Source: Lama guanicoe (Eukaryota). From it: 64,000 bases of DNA. The translations under genes were made by a program, and so were the position numbers. Below the pieces are notes generated by a model, which saw only the letters and a list, made by a program, of their open reading frames with translations, was not told the origin of the DNA and did not search any database. The DNA lies in contig MU053652.1 in the NCBI GenBank assembly GCA_013239625.1, positions 6,253,902-6,317,901 of the forward strand, read 5' to 3'. Each line of letters starts with the position of its first letter. Position 1 is the stretch's first letter. Below, piece after piece: positions 1 through 13,424 of this stretch.

Positions 1-619
1 TTCTCTAAAGAATAAATTTTTTTTATGACAAATGTCAAATTACATACCTCTGCAGTTGCAGATAAAGGAGACCTAAATTTTGGATAGCTAACATCCTGAA
101 AGTTTTAATATGCAGCACAGTCTCAGTATAATCACAATGAAAGGTGTAATCAATTGAACATTGTCAAAGTTAATTGCAGCCTGAATGGTCCAGGATGCCA
201 TACCTCACGTCAAACTTAATCTGAATCTTTTTGAAAGGTAAGTTTGGTTTTTAGTTGGCTTGAAGTCTTCCCCAAAGCATGCCTTGCCAGCTGAACTCTT
301 TTCATTGTGAACAGGAGTAAAGTGACGTGCTTGACACAGCCAGATGAAACACATCACCATTGTAGCTGACAGCCAAGAAATTTAAACTGACAAGCGCCTC
401 TTAAAAGAGTCAGAGAAAAAGTGGACTTTGAACTAGGAGTGCAAACAACAGGCACCGGTGTGGCCTTGGGCATAACGAGGGGAATTTTCCTTTCTAAAAT
501 ATCTCCCTTCTCATATGTCTATTTAATGAACTAGGGTTTTTTGTCCTCTTTTATTCACAGTTTCTTAGAGAGCTTTGCATATCCCAACTACCAAAAGCAC
601 ACGCAGTGAACTAAAAACA

Positions 620-1075
620 TGGATAGACTTATGCAACTGCTATTTTGGCTTTACTTTCTATAATTAAAAATGAAGTTGTGAGTGGAACTAATGTGTGTTA
701 CTTCAAAGTGAAAGCTTTAAAAGTTAGTATATAATGTTCTATCTTTCCTTTTATAACTTCACAATTAAGAACGCTCAGAGATGGAGCTTCCCTCTGCCAG
801 GTTCAGGGAGAATGACAGGGGCGAGGCCCTTGTTGACCCTCAATGGCCATGTGACTCGTTCTGGCCAATGAAACATGAGTAGAAATGGCATGCGTCCCTT
901 CCAGGCTGAAACTAGATAGCCTCCTCCTACCCTCTCTACTGCTTCTTCAGGAAATGACAATGAAGCCATGTATCCAGTTGTCACTACCATACTGCAGCAA
1001 TTTTATCTCCCAGGCACCACACCCCCAAGCTTGAGGCCTAATCCACAAGAAACTTTATATGAGTAAGAGATAAAC
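620..1075 (+). mobile_element. Old ERVL-MaLR (MLT1-type) LTR fragments
   Basis: Motif ggccatgtgactcgttctggccaatgaaacatgagtagaaatggcatgcgtcccttccaggctgaa (845-910) and 3' end ctttatatgagtaagagataaacc resemble old MLT1 LTRs. Confidence 0.5.
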
Positions 1076-1099
1076 CACACAACGAAAAAATTCTTTGAC

Positions 1100-1480
1100 T
1101 CACCAGAGTGATATAAAAATTTTAAATTTGTATACACCTAATACAATCAAAATATGCAAAGCTAAGATTGATAAAACATAAAGAGAAGTTGCCAGATTCA
1201 TTATCATAGTCATGCCAAGAATCACTTTAAGAACAACAGCACAAATTAGTGAAGGAAATGAACGTTGAATAGTACAATCAGTAAGCTTAATTTAATGCAC
1301 TTATATAGAGCCTTTCATGAAACAATTAGAGAGCCCACATTTTCCCCAGGAAGCACACATGAACATTAAGCATGTATGTGGTCATAAAGCAAGCCTCAAG
1401 AAATGTCAGGATTACTATCACATACACTCTTGCAGAGCATGGACAATAGAGAAAACATTACTCAATTGTGAGCCGACTTA
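1100..1480 (+). mobile_element. Ancient L1 ORF2 endonuclease-region fragment
   Basis: A-rich sense strand; ttgtatacacctaat..., gagcccacattttcc...gcacacatgaaca and ggtcataaagcaagcctcaagaaat match the L1 EN coding consensus. Confidence 0.7.
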
Positions 1481-1659
1481 ACCTACAACCTTAAATACAG
1501 GTAAGGACATATATGAAAGGTAAACGAGATACACATTAACTTATCTGTAAGTGCGTTAGCAAAATGTGAGAACAACAAATCTAGGAAATAAAACAAAATC
1601 ATGTTTGATACTCAAACTTGAGGAAGATGTTACAGAAGGAAAGTTACAGATCATCTCTG

Positions 1660-1795
1660 TCTCCTAATCCTTTTGGTGTTGAGGGCCCTTTGAACATTAA
1701 ATAATTATTGACGATTTCAAAGATCATTTGTTTTAATGGGTTATTCATATTGATATTCACTATATTTGAAAATAAAATGAAAATTTTTGAAATAA
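1660..1795. mobile_element. hAT-Charlie-like DNA transposon fragment between L1 pieces
   Basis: aattattgacgatttcaaagatcatttgttttaatgggttattcatattgatattcactatatttgaaaataaaatga resembles a recalled hAT non-autonomous consensus. Confidence 0.4.
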
Positions 1796-1799
1796 AAAA

Positions 1800-2345
1800 A
1801 ATCATGTATCGTGACTGAGCCAAGTATATTATAGGAATACAAAAGTGGCTTTAAAAAAATTATAAATGACATTCATCATAATAATAGATGAAAGGAAAAT
1901 AATCTGACCTCAAAAGGCATAGAAAAAGTATTTGATAAATTTCAGTACTCATTCATGATTAAAATGCTCAGTAACATAGGAAGAAAAGGAACCTCCTTAA
2001 ACATATTAAATTATCCACCAATATTCTACAGCAAAAATATGTTTACTATTGAAAGCTTTCTCATTCAATCAGGGATAAGCAAAGAAATCAACTATTACCA
2101 TATACTTCACTTTTTACTGGTGGCATCAGCAAACAACATTAGATAAATTAAATAGACAGACAAAAAAGATACATGATCAGTCAAGTGAAAAGACAAGTCA
2201 AAACTGTCATCACATGTGATGGAATTCTTTTTATAAAAAACAAACTGTCAGTTATAGAACATAATTAGAATTAACATGTTCAGCAAGATGGTTGGATATA
2301 AGATCAAAATACAAAAATAAGTTATATTGATACATGTTGGCAGCA
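1800..2345 (+). mobile_element. Ancient L1 ORF2 reverse-transcriptase fragment (degenerate)
   Basis: 1916-1981 translates GIEKVFDKFQYSFMIKMLSNIG, compared with L1 DAEKAFDKIQHPFMIKTL; ttcagcaagatggttggatataagatcaaaatacaaaaa (FSKVAGYKINxQK-like) near 2280-2320. Confidence 0.85.
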
Positions 2346-4868
2346 ATGACCAACCTTATACTCTCAGTCATATTCTGGACTTCTATTCAGTATTTGGTTG
2401 ATGACACTGATCGATTCATTTTGCAATCCTCCATTCGGTTTTCCATCATTTCCCTAATTCTGACATCATGACATATATAAAAAATAACAATATTTGTTTG
2501 GAAAGTAGAGTAAATGGGTAAGGCTGTCCTTCCTTGGCTGGAGGAAACCAGGCCAGAATCCTTCGTGGCATGTGCTCTTTCATACTGATGAGCCAACTTG
2601 AAGTTTACAAAGTGCGTTCATAGACATTTGATCTAGCAGGTGGAAATACACGATCATCCCCACTGAAGTTATTTTATTAATAGATCTGGTTTAAATGGTT
2701 ATTATGTACATGGATACCCATTATCCAGTGCACTTTCCTGGTAACACAGAATTACTTAGAACTGATTGAAAAAGCTTACCATTAATTCCTATTATAATAC
2801 TGAATTGACTCATAAAACCATTCATGTGCTCCCCCAAATACCTTTCTTTTTGTCATTTATATGAAAGACAACATTTGGACGAAGTATATAGTAGTTGCCT
2901 CAATATGAATCAGGCCTGGAATGCTCTTTTAGTCTCAAAACCTATAGATTTCCAATGTCAATGTTTATCAATATTAGGCAGTTCCAGGATGGAGTGGGAA
3001 ATAACATTAAGGTTTGCCAATTATTCTGGAATTTTTGCTATAAAATTTACTTTTAAACATATGCCTGAACAATTTCCCTTTCAAACTAGTTTCATCTAGG
3101 AGTGTATAAATTCAGATATTTCTTTACCTAAAAATATATAGAATCTGTATTTTAATACCACTTCAGTCACAAGCTGGAGCAGATTAGATGGATAAAATAT
3201 TAATGTGGAAACAAGATACACACTCAGGGTTCAAGCTCATGAGATTAGTAAATCAGTTCCTCCGTGCTCCCTCCCACGTTTCTTACCATTCAAAGGACTT
3301 CAACCCATGTGACAACTTCTTGTCATCTATTAGGACCTCAGTGGCTCTAGTTTGCTTGCTTCATTTACCTGCTTATTTTGGGTCTTCATTTATCATTATT
3401 TTTTAACAGCTGTCAGCATTAAACGTGATTTGCCACATCAGCCAACTTACACAGCAAATGCAAATCCTTTTGAATTTCACTTGCAATTTCTGGACTTTCC
3501 CAGTCATTTCAGTTTTGCTTTATCAGCATCATTTGACATTTTGCCATTATGGAGAGTTCTCAGTGATTTTTATTGTTTTCAAGGAAATAGAAACTAAAAG
3601 AGGCCATGTTCAATTATACATGGTTGTTCAGTATTGTACAAACTACAGCACTTGTATTTCAACAGCAGCATTCCAGATCACTAAGACTTCACTATCTTGT
3701 GACAGATAATGCACAGTAATTGTATTTTTTGAACCAATATTTTTTACCCAAATTTTGATCCTGTTTTGGGAGGACAACATGAGAAGAGAATATAGGTATG
3801 CCACATCCTTTAGGTTGACCTTGTACAGCTCCATTATAGCATGTAACTGTGTTTGCCTTTTGTTTACTATTGTTTGATTTTTATTTCTGAAAATGACAAT
3901 TCAGGCCATATTTCTTTATGAATATCCAAACACCATATCATTATTAGAAATTTAGCTTTCTATTTGGACAGCATTTTGATTTTTAGCATTTGATTTTTAT
4001 CAACTTTAGATTTTTAAATAAGATATAAAATTTTAAAATTCTTTGAGTATCAAAATCAAATTGCTTTATCTCTTTTATCATAGATCACAGGCATATGTGT
4101 TCATACAGGCATATTTCCAAAACTGGATGAGGTATAAAACCACAGAGGTGTACTCTTTCCCCTCACTATAAGCAGTGGCAAACACATCCATTTAAAATCA
4201 AGCAGAATGTACCAGCTAAATGTAGAGACGTAAAGCTAAGATTATGAAATATCTTCATGCAAATACTTAATAAAATTAATATCAATTAGAAACACAAGCA
4301 AAAGAAATTCATTGCCAGTAACTTGATCACAAATACTCCTAAACTACAAACTTCAAACCTGTTAACCAGTGAAAAGCAGCAGTTTGGGTCAAAATGGTTT
4401 GACTTAGATCCTTCCCCTCTTGCTTACCTCTTGCCTCCCCAGTACGTACATTCAAAGCTTGAACTTGGTGGGAGAGCACAGTCCTTTCCTGGAATGACTT
4501 GCAGATTTCCTTTATATCACTGGTCGAATGTGGCCATGTGAAGTCTGAGAAAGGAGGGGACAAATCATGAGTCTCTGTCTGGAACCGTGTGCTTCATCTT
4601 CAGAATCAAACTGAATTTCTTTCAGCAAAGGAAAGGGCGTGTTTATCAGCATGTAACTCTGTGTCTATCACACTTACATTTTCTTAATTAGAGAAACAGA
4701 CTTAGGTGGTACCTTTATCCCTTCTCTCTTTCTATTCCAGGAAATAAGAACGACTGCTGGGGAGAGATGGGGAAAACTGGAGTAATAAACAACTAAGATT
4801 CTCTTATAGAAATATAGGCTTTATGATTCCACATGGAATTGGAGACATAATCTAAACAACATATATCT

Positions 4869-5086
4869 CTGTGGTGAGCGGAAAAAAATGAACTCCCCCC
4901 ACCCTCCCCCAAAAAGACATCTACATCCCTGGAACCTTACATGTCAATTTAGAAAAAAAGTCTTTTAAACTAATAATCTTGAGATTAGGGAGATTTTACT
5001 GTGTCATCCAGGTGGCTTCTTAATGTCCTAAATTCTAAATCCTAAATCCTCCTAAGAATGAGGCAGATGGAGAGTACGTACACACA

Positions 5087-5131
<45 letters not shown>

Positions 5132-5250
5132 GTGGAGAAGGCATTGTGGCTACTGAGACAGAGAGGTGGTTATAAGCCCGGGATGGCTGGAAGCCACCAG
5201 AAGCTGGAAGGGACACTCTGGACTTTTCCTCCACACTCACAGAAGCATTC
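4869..5250 (+). mobile_element. MaLR LTR, MLT1B/C-like, with internal CA microsatellite
   Basis: tgtggtgagc...aaaagacatctacatccctggaacc...cttgagattagggagatt...atccaggtgg...gaagccaccagaagctggaagg. Confidence 0.8.
5091..5128. repeat. (CA)19 microsatellite
   Basis: Perfect CA run, preceded by an imperfect tacgtacacacacgta. Confidence 0.98.
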
Positions 5251-7328
5251 TGAAATGAGTTAACAGTACTTCCCCAGACACAGGAAAAATATAATGTGCT
5301 GTATTAGTAAAGAAGAGCAAAGCCACTAACTTATCTTTCTATTTAATTATCTTCCATTTTCTGTCATAGGGAATTTGCTTTCATTTACTGAGAACATGCT
5401 CCTACTTTATGAGATTATGCTCATAGCAAGAAAAAGAAGTTTCAAAAAAAGGAAAGAAGCTTTGACAAGACAAATGCTTTCTTAATTAAGCAAATAAAAC
5501 TTTAGGTGAGGACAACAGTCAACACAGGTTAACGCCTGGTTACCATTTATGTAACATGGCACCTTTAGGTCACTTATTAAATGCTCATAGCACCATATAT
5601 TTATTTTATGCCTTATGTTTACGTTCATTACACAAATGAAAAGAACTGGTATAATATTAAATGGAGAGTTTTAAAATCCTTTTACATGGTTTAATGATAT
5701 ATATCTTTTTGTGAGATAGGAAAAATGCGTTTGGAGTAAAAATTTTCCCTCAAGTATTATCCTTAAACAGCCTTGGGTGCTCCAGAGTGTAAGGTTGAGA
5801 GTAGCTTTAGGTACACAGGTAGTAGAGTTCCTTTATTTCCCACCCCTCCCCTCAAATCCCTTTACTAAAACCTGAGATTTCTCTCTTAGAGCTACATTAT
5901 TTTAGGTGAGCTCTTGGGTCATTTGTTAAATTCAAGAACCTATAGTAGAATGTTATCAGTCAGTCAAAGAATATTCAAAGCTTTCCAAATTATAGTTTCT
6001 GAATAAATAAATACGTATAAATGTCTGAGTCCTGTATGGATTGAGAGTATTTGCGGAAAGCGATGGAGTGGGGGAGGTAACACATAACAGTTGGTCAGCA
6101 TGAAGAGGGAAAAACACAGATTGTGAGGAACAGTAATGCTAAAAACATTTTAAAAGAAGGCTGAATTATAACTATGTGCAGTTCTGTCCTGAGTTGCTGA
6201 ATATTTAAAGTATCATATAAAGATACCAACTATAATTGAAGTCCATTCAGTAACACGACTCGCAAAACTATGTAATAAACAAAACACACGAAAAATACTT
6301 TTAGAGTTTCCATTCTGTCCCATAAGGAAGAAATCTGTAACTTGGAGACTCTTCCCTGCTTCCTCCACGCATATCCTTGCAACACTCATACCTGTAAAAG
6401 GCTTAGACTCAATAAATTGTATATCCTTGGAAAGTAGGTAAAGAGTGTGAATATAGAGGACACTAGACAGTAAGCTTTTAAAAATCCTTAGACACTCAGA
6501 GAGATGGCTGAATAATCAATCAAGTTTATTCAAGCATATGTATATGATGGACATATTGATTTCTTTTTAAATAAGCAAACATATTGTCTGCCTTGAATGT
6601 GCTATTGTTGGCTTAGCAGACTACCTGACTTTAAATATATTTGACATTTTTAGTTTTATGTACTCCCAGTTTATGTCAAAGAATAAATAGCTACGAAAGG
6701 TATTTTAAATTTATAAGTAAGTTTCTAGAATAATATTTAGATATAGATATAGAAAAAAGTATTTGGAAGTTGATATTTCAAAGTCAACAAGTAGTTTCTT
6801 GAAATTTAGAGGTTGTATTCTATTTCCAATCATCTGTAAACCAGTGAAACAGTTTAGATGATTTTAATTATTATTCCTTGAGAATCTGTACCTAAAATTC
6901 TGTTCAGAGAAGCTAATATCAGACTGAAAGTCAGAAGAGTTCAAGGATGAAACTGTTGAAATGACCAAGATTCTATAGAATATTCTAAGTGGGGTTGTGT
7001 GCTGGTCCAGCCACGAGAGAACTACGGAGGGCACTCAGCTCTCAGCACGGGTGGAAGCAGGTGCTGAGTAAGTGCAGAATAGAACCCACAAGGGGGAACT
7101 GAGTGCAGGATTAAAGTTATGCTCAGGACCAAAACGCTTATGAAGTAAATGAGAAGACTTTATTAAATCTAGTGGGAGGGAAATCTAACAAAGGACAGTT
7201 AAGAGATGAAAGTGAAGAATTTAGTTTGAAGAGATCACTAATGACTTAGGCAGGGGAAAAAAAAGTTGAGTTAGAGGAAAAGAATGGAGATAGCCCATAC
7301 AGAAGAGTGATTCTTTTTTTTTTCCTTC

Positions 7329-7668
7329 CAGCTTTATTGATGTATAACTGACGAATAACACTGTAGAAAGTATTGATCTGATACACTGACATATTGCAAT
7401 ATAATTATCACATCACATAATTACTGTTTCTTTTTTGTGGCGAGAATAGTTAACATCTACTCTCTTAGCAATTTTCAAGTATGCGCCACAGTACTGTTAA
7501 CTATAATCACAATGCTGTGCGTTAGATCCCGAGTACTCACTCATCTTCTAACTGGAAGTTTGTATCCTTTAGTCAACATCTCCCCATTCTCCCATTCCCC
7601 AGCCCCTAGTAACTACTATTCTACTCTCTATTTTTTGCCAGTTCAGCTTTTTCAGATTCCACGTGTAA
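7329..7668 (-). mobile_element. L1 3' UTR end (L1MA8/9-like), 5'-truncated
   Basis: Poly-T then cagctttattgatgtataactgac...atctactctcttagcaattttcaagtat...gctgtgcgttagatccc...aacatctccccattc. Confidence 0.85.
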
Positions 7669-9672
7669 TTGATGCTTACATAAGAGGCACAGCCTTCTAG
7701 TAGACTGTATCAGTATTTCTAAGAGAGTGAGGTAGATGAATAAAACAATCTATAGGCATTGATAAATAATACTCAATAGAATTCCATATGAGAAAAGGTT
7801 GAATAAGTTGATGTTGAGAATATATTTGACATGCTTAGAAATTAAAGCACTTAAATAAGATAGTAATAGCTAGAGAGGAGGCATATATGAAACGATTATA
7901 CTGAGCAACGCAATGCTCAATATTAGCTCTCAGCTACTTCTGAGCAAACTTTTTGCCGAAATGTATTTCAAGGAATGTGAAATGCATTGTGCTTCTCCAC
8001 AAGAAGGTTCTCCATAAAGTCCCTGATATTGCAGTGGATTTATTGTTATTAATGGTCCAAACAGAAATAGAGTTCATCTGAACTCCCATTTGCTCCTGAG
8101 TGAGACATCCAATCTATTTAAAACTATATTATGATTGAGTGGTCATAGCTGAGAGAACTGATTAGGAACTACTTCAACAAGGAAAATGAAGAGCTCATAA
8201 CCTAATTTTCTGCTAACGGGCTTTTGAGCCCTTTTAACCAGCACTAAGTTGTCATGGTGATGGCAAAAGTTAATGGTGGATTGGGTGAGAATTCTGACCT
8301 GACTCTCTCAAGCCGCTAACAAGGTTACTGGGCCATAGAATTGGAGCTACAGCTTTTCGCAGCTTACAAGGACAGAGATCATTTTAAACACGAGATTGAA
8401 AACAGAAGCATTTCCTTGGCCTTTCTGAAGACTCTGACTTGTCTTTCAATGATCTTCAATGCCTGTAGTCTTTTGATTATTTGAGCAATTTACTGTGTTT
8501 TCTTTTGCGAAGAGTGTGCTATGCCTCATTCAGTCTTTGAGCAAAGTCATTTATTTTGATGCCTCATCATGTCATAGCATAAACCACACAGGTATTATTC
8601 CTTAACTTCTTAAACCCAAGTTTATTTTGCATTTTACATGAAAATGATATAAACGTAGTCAAGACTGAAAGGGCCCATTTCCTCTTTTTCTTCTTCTTTC
8701 TTCTCTATCTCAGAAAAATGTAAAAATATTTCATGGAGCAAGACTTACATTTAAACTTTGTGTTCTGATTAAACATTTTGCTGGTTTCAGTGGAATCTAT
8801 GCTATCACATGGATTAATCTTCAAAATAATTTAGAAAATTGAGAGATTAAGATATGTTCTTAGTGCTATTCAGATACTCTGTATCTGGTCTACACTTAAA
8901 TGTGGTTTATATAACTCACTAAAAGTAGTTCACAGACGGTAATTTTTCTTAAAAAAATTAGTGAAGGTAAAGGAGATCAAGAGAGCGTAAGTAAAAATCT
9001 TAAAGGGTTTTTTCTGGAAGATGGATATTTGCATTTTCCTAAAGAAAGTCAGAAAGATACGTCCTAGGATAAGCAATCTCACCATCCTATTGTTTGGGTC
9101 AAGCTGAAGGTCAACGGCACAAGCTCTGAATATACAAAATATGTATTCCTTTTATGGGAGGCCTATGATTGCATTTATGATCCTTGACCTGTATCACCAG
9201 CACAATAGAAGGGCTTCACTGTAAATAAAAGGTAGCATTTTACTTAAGCCCTGGCTTATCCTATTGTAAAATTGTTGAGTTTATGAAGTTGAGTAGGTCA
9301 TGAGCACATATGCTAACACATAAAGAAAAGAAGACTTCCAGGTCTACAAGAAGTCTTTAGGTCTTATTAATTTCAATGACTTTAATAGTGATCACTGCAG
9401 TCTCCAAAGAGACTGTCACGACTCTTCCCCGATCTGCAGCCTTCACAGGTTTTTACGGTGGTCTCAGAAGGCCTCAGTACTGATCCTTAAGGATCTCCAT
9501 CATCCGTTTCCACTTCTTACCTGCACACGCTTTTTCTCTCTAAATCGTCAGCAAGGCTACATTAACATCCTTTCCTTGTATTCTGCGCATTTGTGCCTCT
9601 TGTAATCTTTAATAATGTTTTCCACTCCTTGAATGAACGTCCCCTATTCTTTTCCACTAAGAAAGTCATAAC

Positions 9673-9712
9673 GATATTTTACTTATGCAAATGATATTTT
9701 ACTTATGCAAAA
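9673..9712. repeat. 20-bp tandem duplication
   Basis: gatattttacttatgcaaat + gatattttacttatgcaaaa. Confidence 0.95.
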
Positions 9713-10864
9713 GTTGGACTAAGCACAGCCAGCAACAGTAAACAAAACAGAAATAAAGCAGTCTATTTAAGCCCAGTAGAACTTAGATTCAATTAAGGTC
9801 GAGCTCAGTGCACCAGGGAATTCTTCTGAACTAAACACTGATTTTTTTTTCTGTTATTTTAATTTCTTTTTTTGTGTGACCTGTATTACATTATTATATA
9901 ATAGCTTACATAGTATTGTGTTAGAAGTGTTTCCTTAGTACTTCATTGACATACATGCAAAAGTTAGTTAACAAGTGTTTTAAAACTCATTTAACTATAA
10001 GAATGGAATTATTACCAGAGGTAGTACCTATTAAAATTTCATCTCCATGACTGAAAGGAGACCATTAAACTTCAGCAATGACCTATGATTTTGAAGCATA
10101 TATGCATTTTTTTCAAATTGTACTCTTAAAGTCCCTCAGCAATAAAACCTGAATAAAAATTTAGTTTTTCACACTAATTTTCCTTGCATTCTTAACATCT
10201 TTATGTTACAAAAATGTATGTAATCTTAGAAAATAAAAATGACCTATATTATTATAAGTCATAAAAAAACACTTAAAAATTTGACATGGACCTCTCAGAA
10301 AGATAGAATTTAAGCTAAATGTATGAGTAATTAAATTAAAATACAATAAACTAATATAAAATTATTTATATTTTATGAAATTTAATAATATGTTATAAAA
10401 TTTGAATGTACAGTGGTAGTCAGCTTCTTCACTCTATAATTTATGACTATCCTTACATACTGATACACATACATTTATAATTTAAATTACTTTCTAGTAT
10501 TCCATTGTATAAACATTTCATGATTAATTTAATGTATCCTCTATTTGGGGCTATTTAATTTGGCTCTTTTTAAATTAAGTTGCAAGGAACATGTTTATAG
10601 ATTTATCTTTGTGATATTTACTTCTCTATGATATATTTCTGCATGTGAAATTGCTTAATAAATAAGCTCATGTTTTATTTTTTGCTGTATTTTCTCAAAA
10701 ATATTTTCCAGAAGGTGCTCTATTATATTATTCAAATATAAATGTATCAGTATTCACTTCTGACACAATTAATAACACTCTGCCTAGTAGGATGGTTTAT
10801 AATCAGATTACATATATGATCATTTAAACATATAATCCATATGATTACTGAGTATGATTATCAA

Positions 10865-11191
10865 ATTGAGATATTTTAAAGTCTTTTTTTGTGTTAAACA
10901 TTTGAATCAGTGTGTATTTTATACATCCACCACATCTCAATTAAGACAGTGAATTTTAATTGTAAATACTCAATTCATATTTAGATTTGATTAAATTTAC
11001 AATAAAAAATATATTCACATATCCAAGCTATTTGAAACATACATAAAAGCTTCCCAATAATTGAATCAAGTATCAATATTTAAATTTTACTTTAAGTTAA
11101 TTTAATTTAAATTAATATTCAGTCACACTAGCCAGATTTCAAGTGCCCAGTGGCTACATTTGATCAGTGACAACAGTACCATACAGCACAG
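10865..11191. mobile_element. hAT-Charlie1 derivative (MER33/MER3-like)
   Basis: cagtgtgtattttatacatccaccacatctcaatt... and terminal cagtcacactagccagatttcaagtgcccagtggctacatttgatcagtgacaacagtaccatacagcacag. Confidence 0.7.
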
Positions 11192-11254
11192 GTCCTAGGT
11201 CCCCAGTACAACCAACAAGACCGCCATGATGCAACCCCCTGTAAGGTCCAGGAT

Positions 11255-11635
11255 CTCGTTTCTTACAGTCCTCACTGCCTACACTCCAGCCCGCTAGATT
11301 CCCCACTGGAACACTGCAGGCATCTCAGGACTTTGGCATAGCTACACTTTCTGTCTAGAATGCTCTTTCATCGAACGCCCTTATGGGTTGCTTCTACTAC
11401 TTCACATCTTTCTGATATGACCCCTTATCAGTGAGAGCTTCCATGACCAGTGCTGCTCCTTCCTCACTTCTCTATGATCCTTCTCTGGCTTTATTTTTCT
11501 ATTAGTATTAATTTCCTCTTGTTCTTGTCTGTCTCTTCAGACTAGAATAGAAGACTGTGAATGCAGAGAGATATGTTCCCTGTTGTATCCTCAGTGCCTG
11601 GTACATAGTAGATGCTCAAATATATGTTTAATATG
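11255..11635 (+). mobile_element. L2 3' end
   Basis: ctcaggactttggcatagct...ctgtctagaatgctcttt...gactagaatagaagactgtgaatgcagaga...cagtgcctggtacatagtagatgctcaaatatatgtt. Confidence 0.75.
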
Positions 11636-13234
11636 AAAGCTCATTAATGATTTTTAATTATTAACAGGTGCTGTATGTCTGTGTATGTGCTACTGTTTCT
11701 TTTTCTCCTTCTCTTCCTTTTTTTCCCTTCTTTTTCCTTTATTTTACATTACGAACATTACGATCATCCATCTTGAGAACCACTCCCCCCACCTTATTTC
11801 TACATGCACCCTATTAGTTGTCCTCCCAAACTCTGATTGATGAGTCAGTAGGTGAAAAATATTTTTACTTCAAATATGGGCTTTGTCAGCCTCAGATATT
11901 TACAGAAACATACCTAGGAATTAAAAAACTCTTGGCAAGAGCTGTTTGGACCAAAGATTACAAAATGGTATGGCGTACAGCTAGTTCTACCTTATACATG
12001 AGGAAAAGTGATTTAAGACACTTAAGTGTCCCTCATTTCTTCTGTTAGACAAAAATCAGTTATTCCTAAAATAGAGGTTATCTATGATTCTAGAATAGAT
12101 TGCAATTGCAACCTCATGCATATATGCATTTTAGCACTGTTTGCATAATGAATAGTTGCCTCTGAAGAGATCACATAAACTTAGAAAATTATACCAACAG
12201 TATGAAATAAGGATCGAATCATCAAAAGCCACATCAGTCATTTATCAATCAAAAATTTAGATCCTATTTATAAATATTAATTATAAACACTGGTAACTTA
12301 ATATAATGCAAATGTTTAATTATAATAAATTACTCATAATTACAGAAAGAGCAATCATTTTCAGAGAGCTGTCTTCTGTTTTACTATATCTCCTACAACC
12401 TTCTCTCTGATGAATTTCCACAGATAATGGAGAATGAAATACATTCAGAAACACTTATCATCCTAAAGTAAGTTTACATATACCAATATCTCTTGTGATA
12501 TTGCAAAATTCTGTCCTCAGGGATAATCTCATTTGTCCATTTTCTAAATCATCTCTGCAGTGAGCACACCAAGTTGTCACCAGGGTAATGTCTTCCTATG
12601 GCTACCACTGCCTTTGTTATTTCAGGATGAGTTTCTCTGATGCTTTCTAATTAAATCTCTATTTGAAGACTCTCAAGGGAGTCAGGTCATAAAGCTGCTC
12701 ATTTGTAGTGAAATGGAGCATATGAAATGGGTAATGTTCATCTTGGTGTCCCTGGAATAGCTCACATTTTACTTCGGGTTTGAATTCAAGATCCAGCTAA
12801 ACTCCATTTTTACACTGCTCTTGAGTAACTAAACAGAAAATTAGAATTGCACAGGGAATCGGTAGCTTGCATTATATTCTTTGGCATTGCCCAGTTGGTT
12901 TCTAAAGCACCCTTCCCACACTTCGCTGCCTGGTAAGCTTCCAGTGACCCTTGAAGATCCAGGACAATTTCCATTTCCTCTGGGAAAGTGTATCTAATTT
13001 TTACAGGTAGTTAGTTATTTCTTACCCTGAGATAATCCAGCCCTTTGCTTCCAGCTCTATGTATAGCATTTTAGACACCTGTAATAACCTACTTATCTAT
13101 CCCCACGAACATCCTCCCCTCCTTTTACTTCCTCCTTTCACACCTAGTCAGTCATGTAGTACACTGTATTTTCATCTTCAGTAAGCGTGGTAGGCAGAAT
13201 AATGTTCCACTGAAGATGGTTCCACATCCCAACC

Positions 13235-13410
13235 TGACTATCGTGGACACACTCTTTAACCCTTTGTACATTAAGTTTTTCACGTGGAAACTGGAAATTA
13301 TAAAAGTAATACCCACTTAAAAGGACTTTTCTGAGGATTAAATGAATGACCTATACATACACAGAAGGAGAGAGCCTGGCAGGAAGTAAGCACTCAAAAA
13401 TGCAATTACT
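13235..13410 (+). mobile_element. MIR SINE
   Basis: MIR core and tail: ctgaggattaaatgaatgac...gcctggcaggaagtaagcactcaaaaatg. Confidence 0.75.
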
Positions 13411-13424
13411 ATGAGCTATAATTC

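Noticed and set aside
235..314. Perfect donor AAG|GTAAGT (GT at 238) with a downstream AG at 313-314, suggesting a 77-nt intron
   Set aside because: No convincing coding frame on either side; isolated consensus donors occur by chance in 64 kb. A lncRNA cannot be excluded without RNA data
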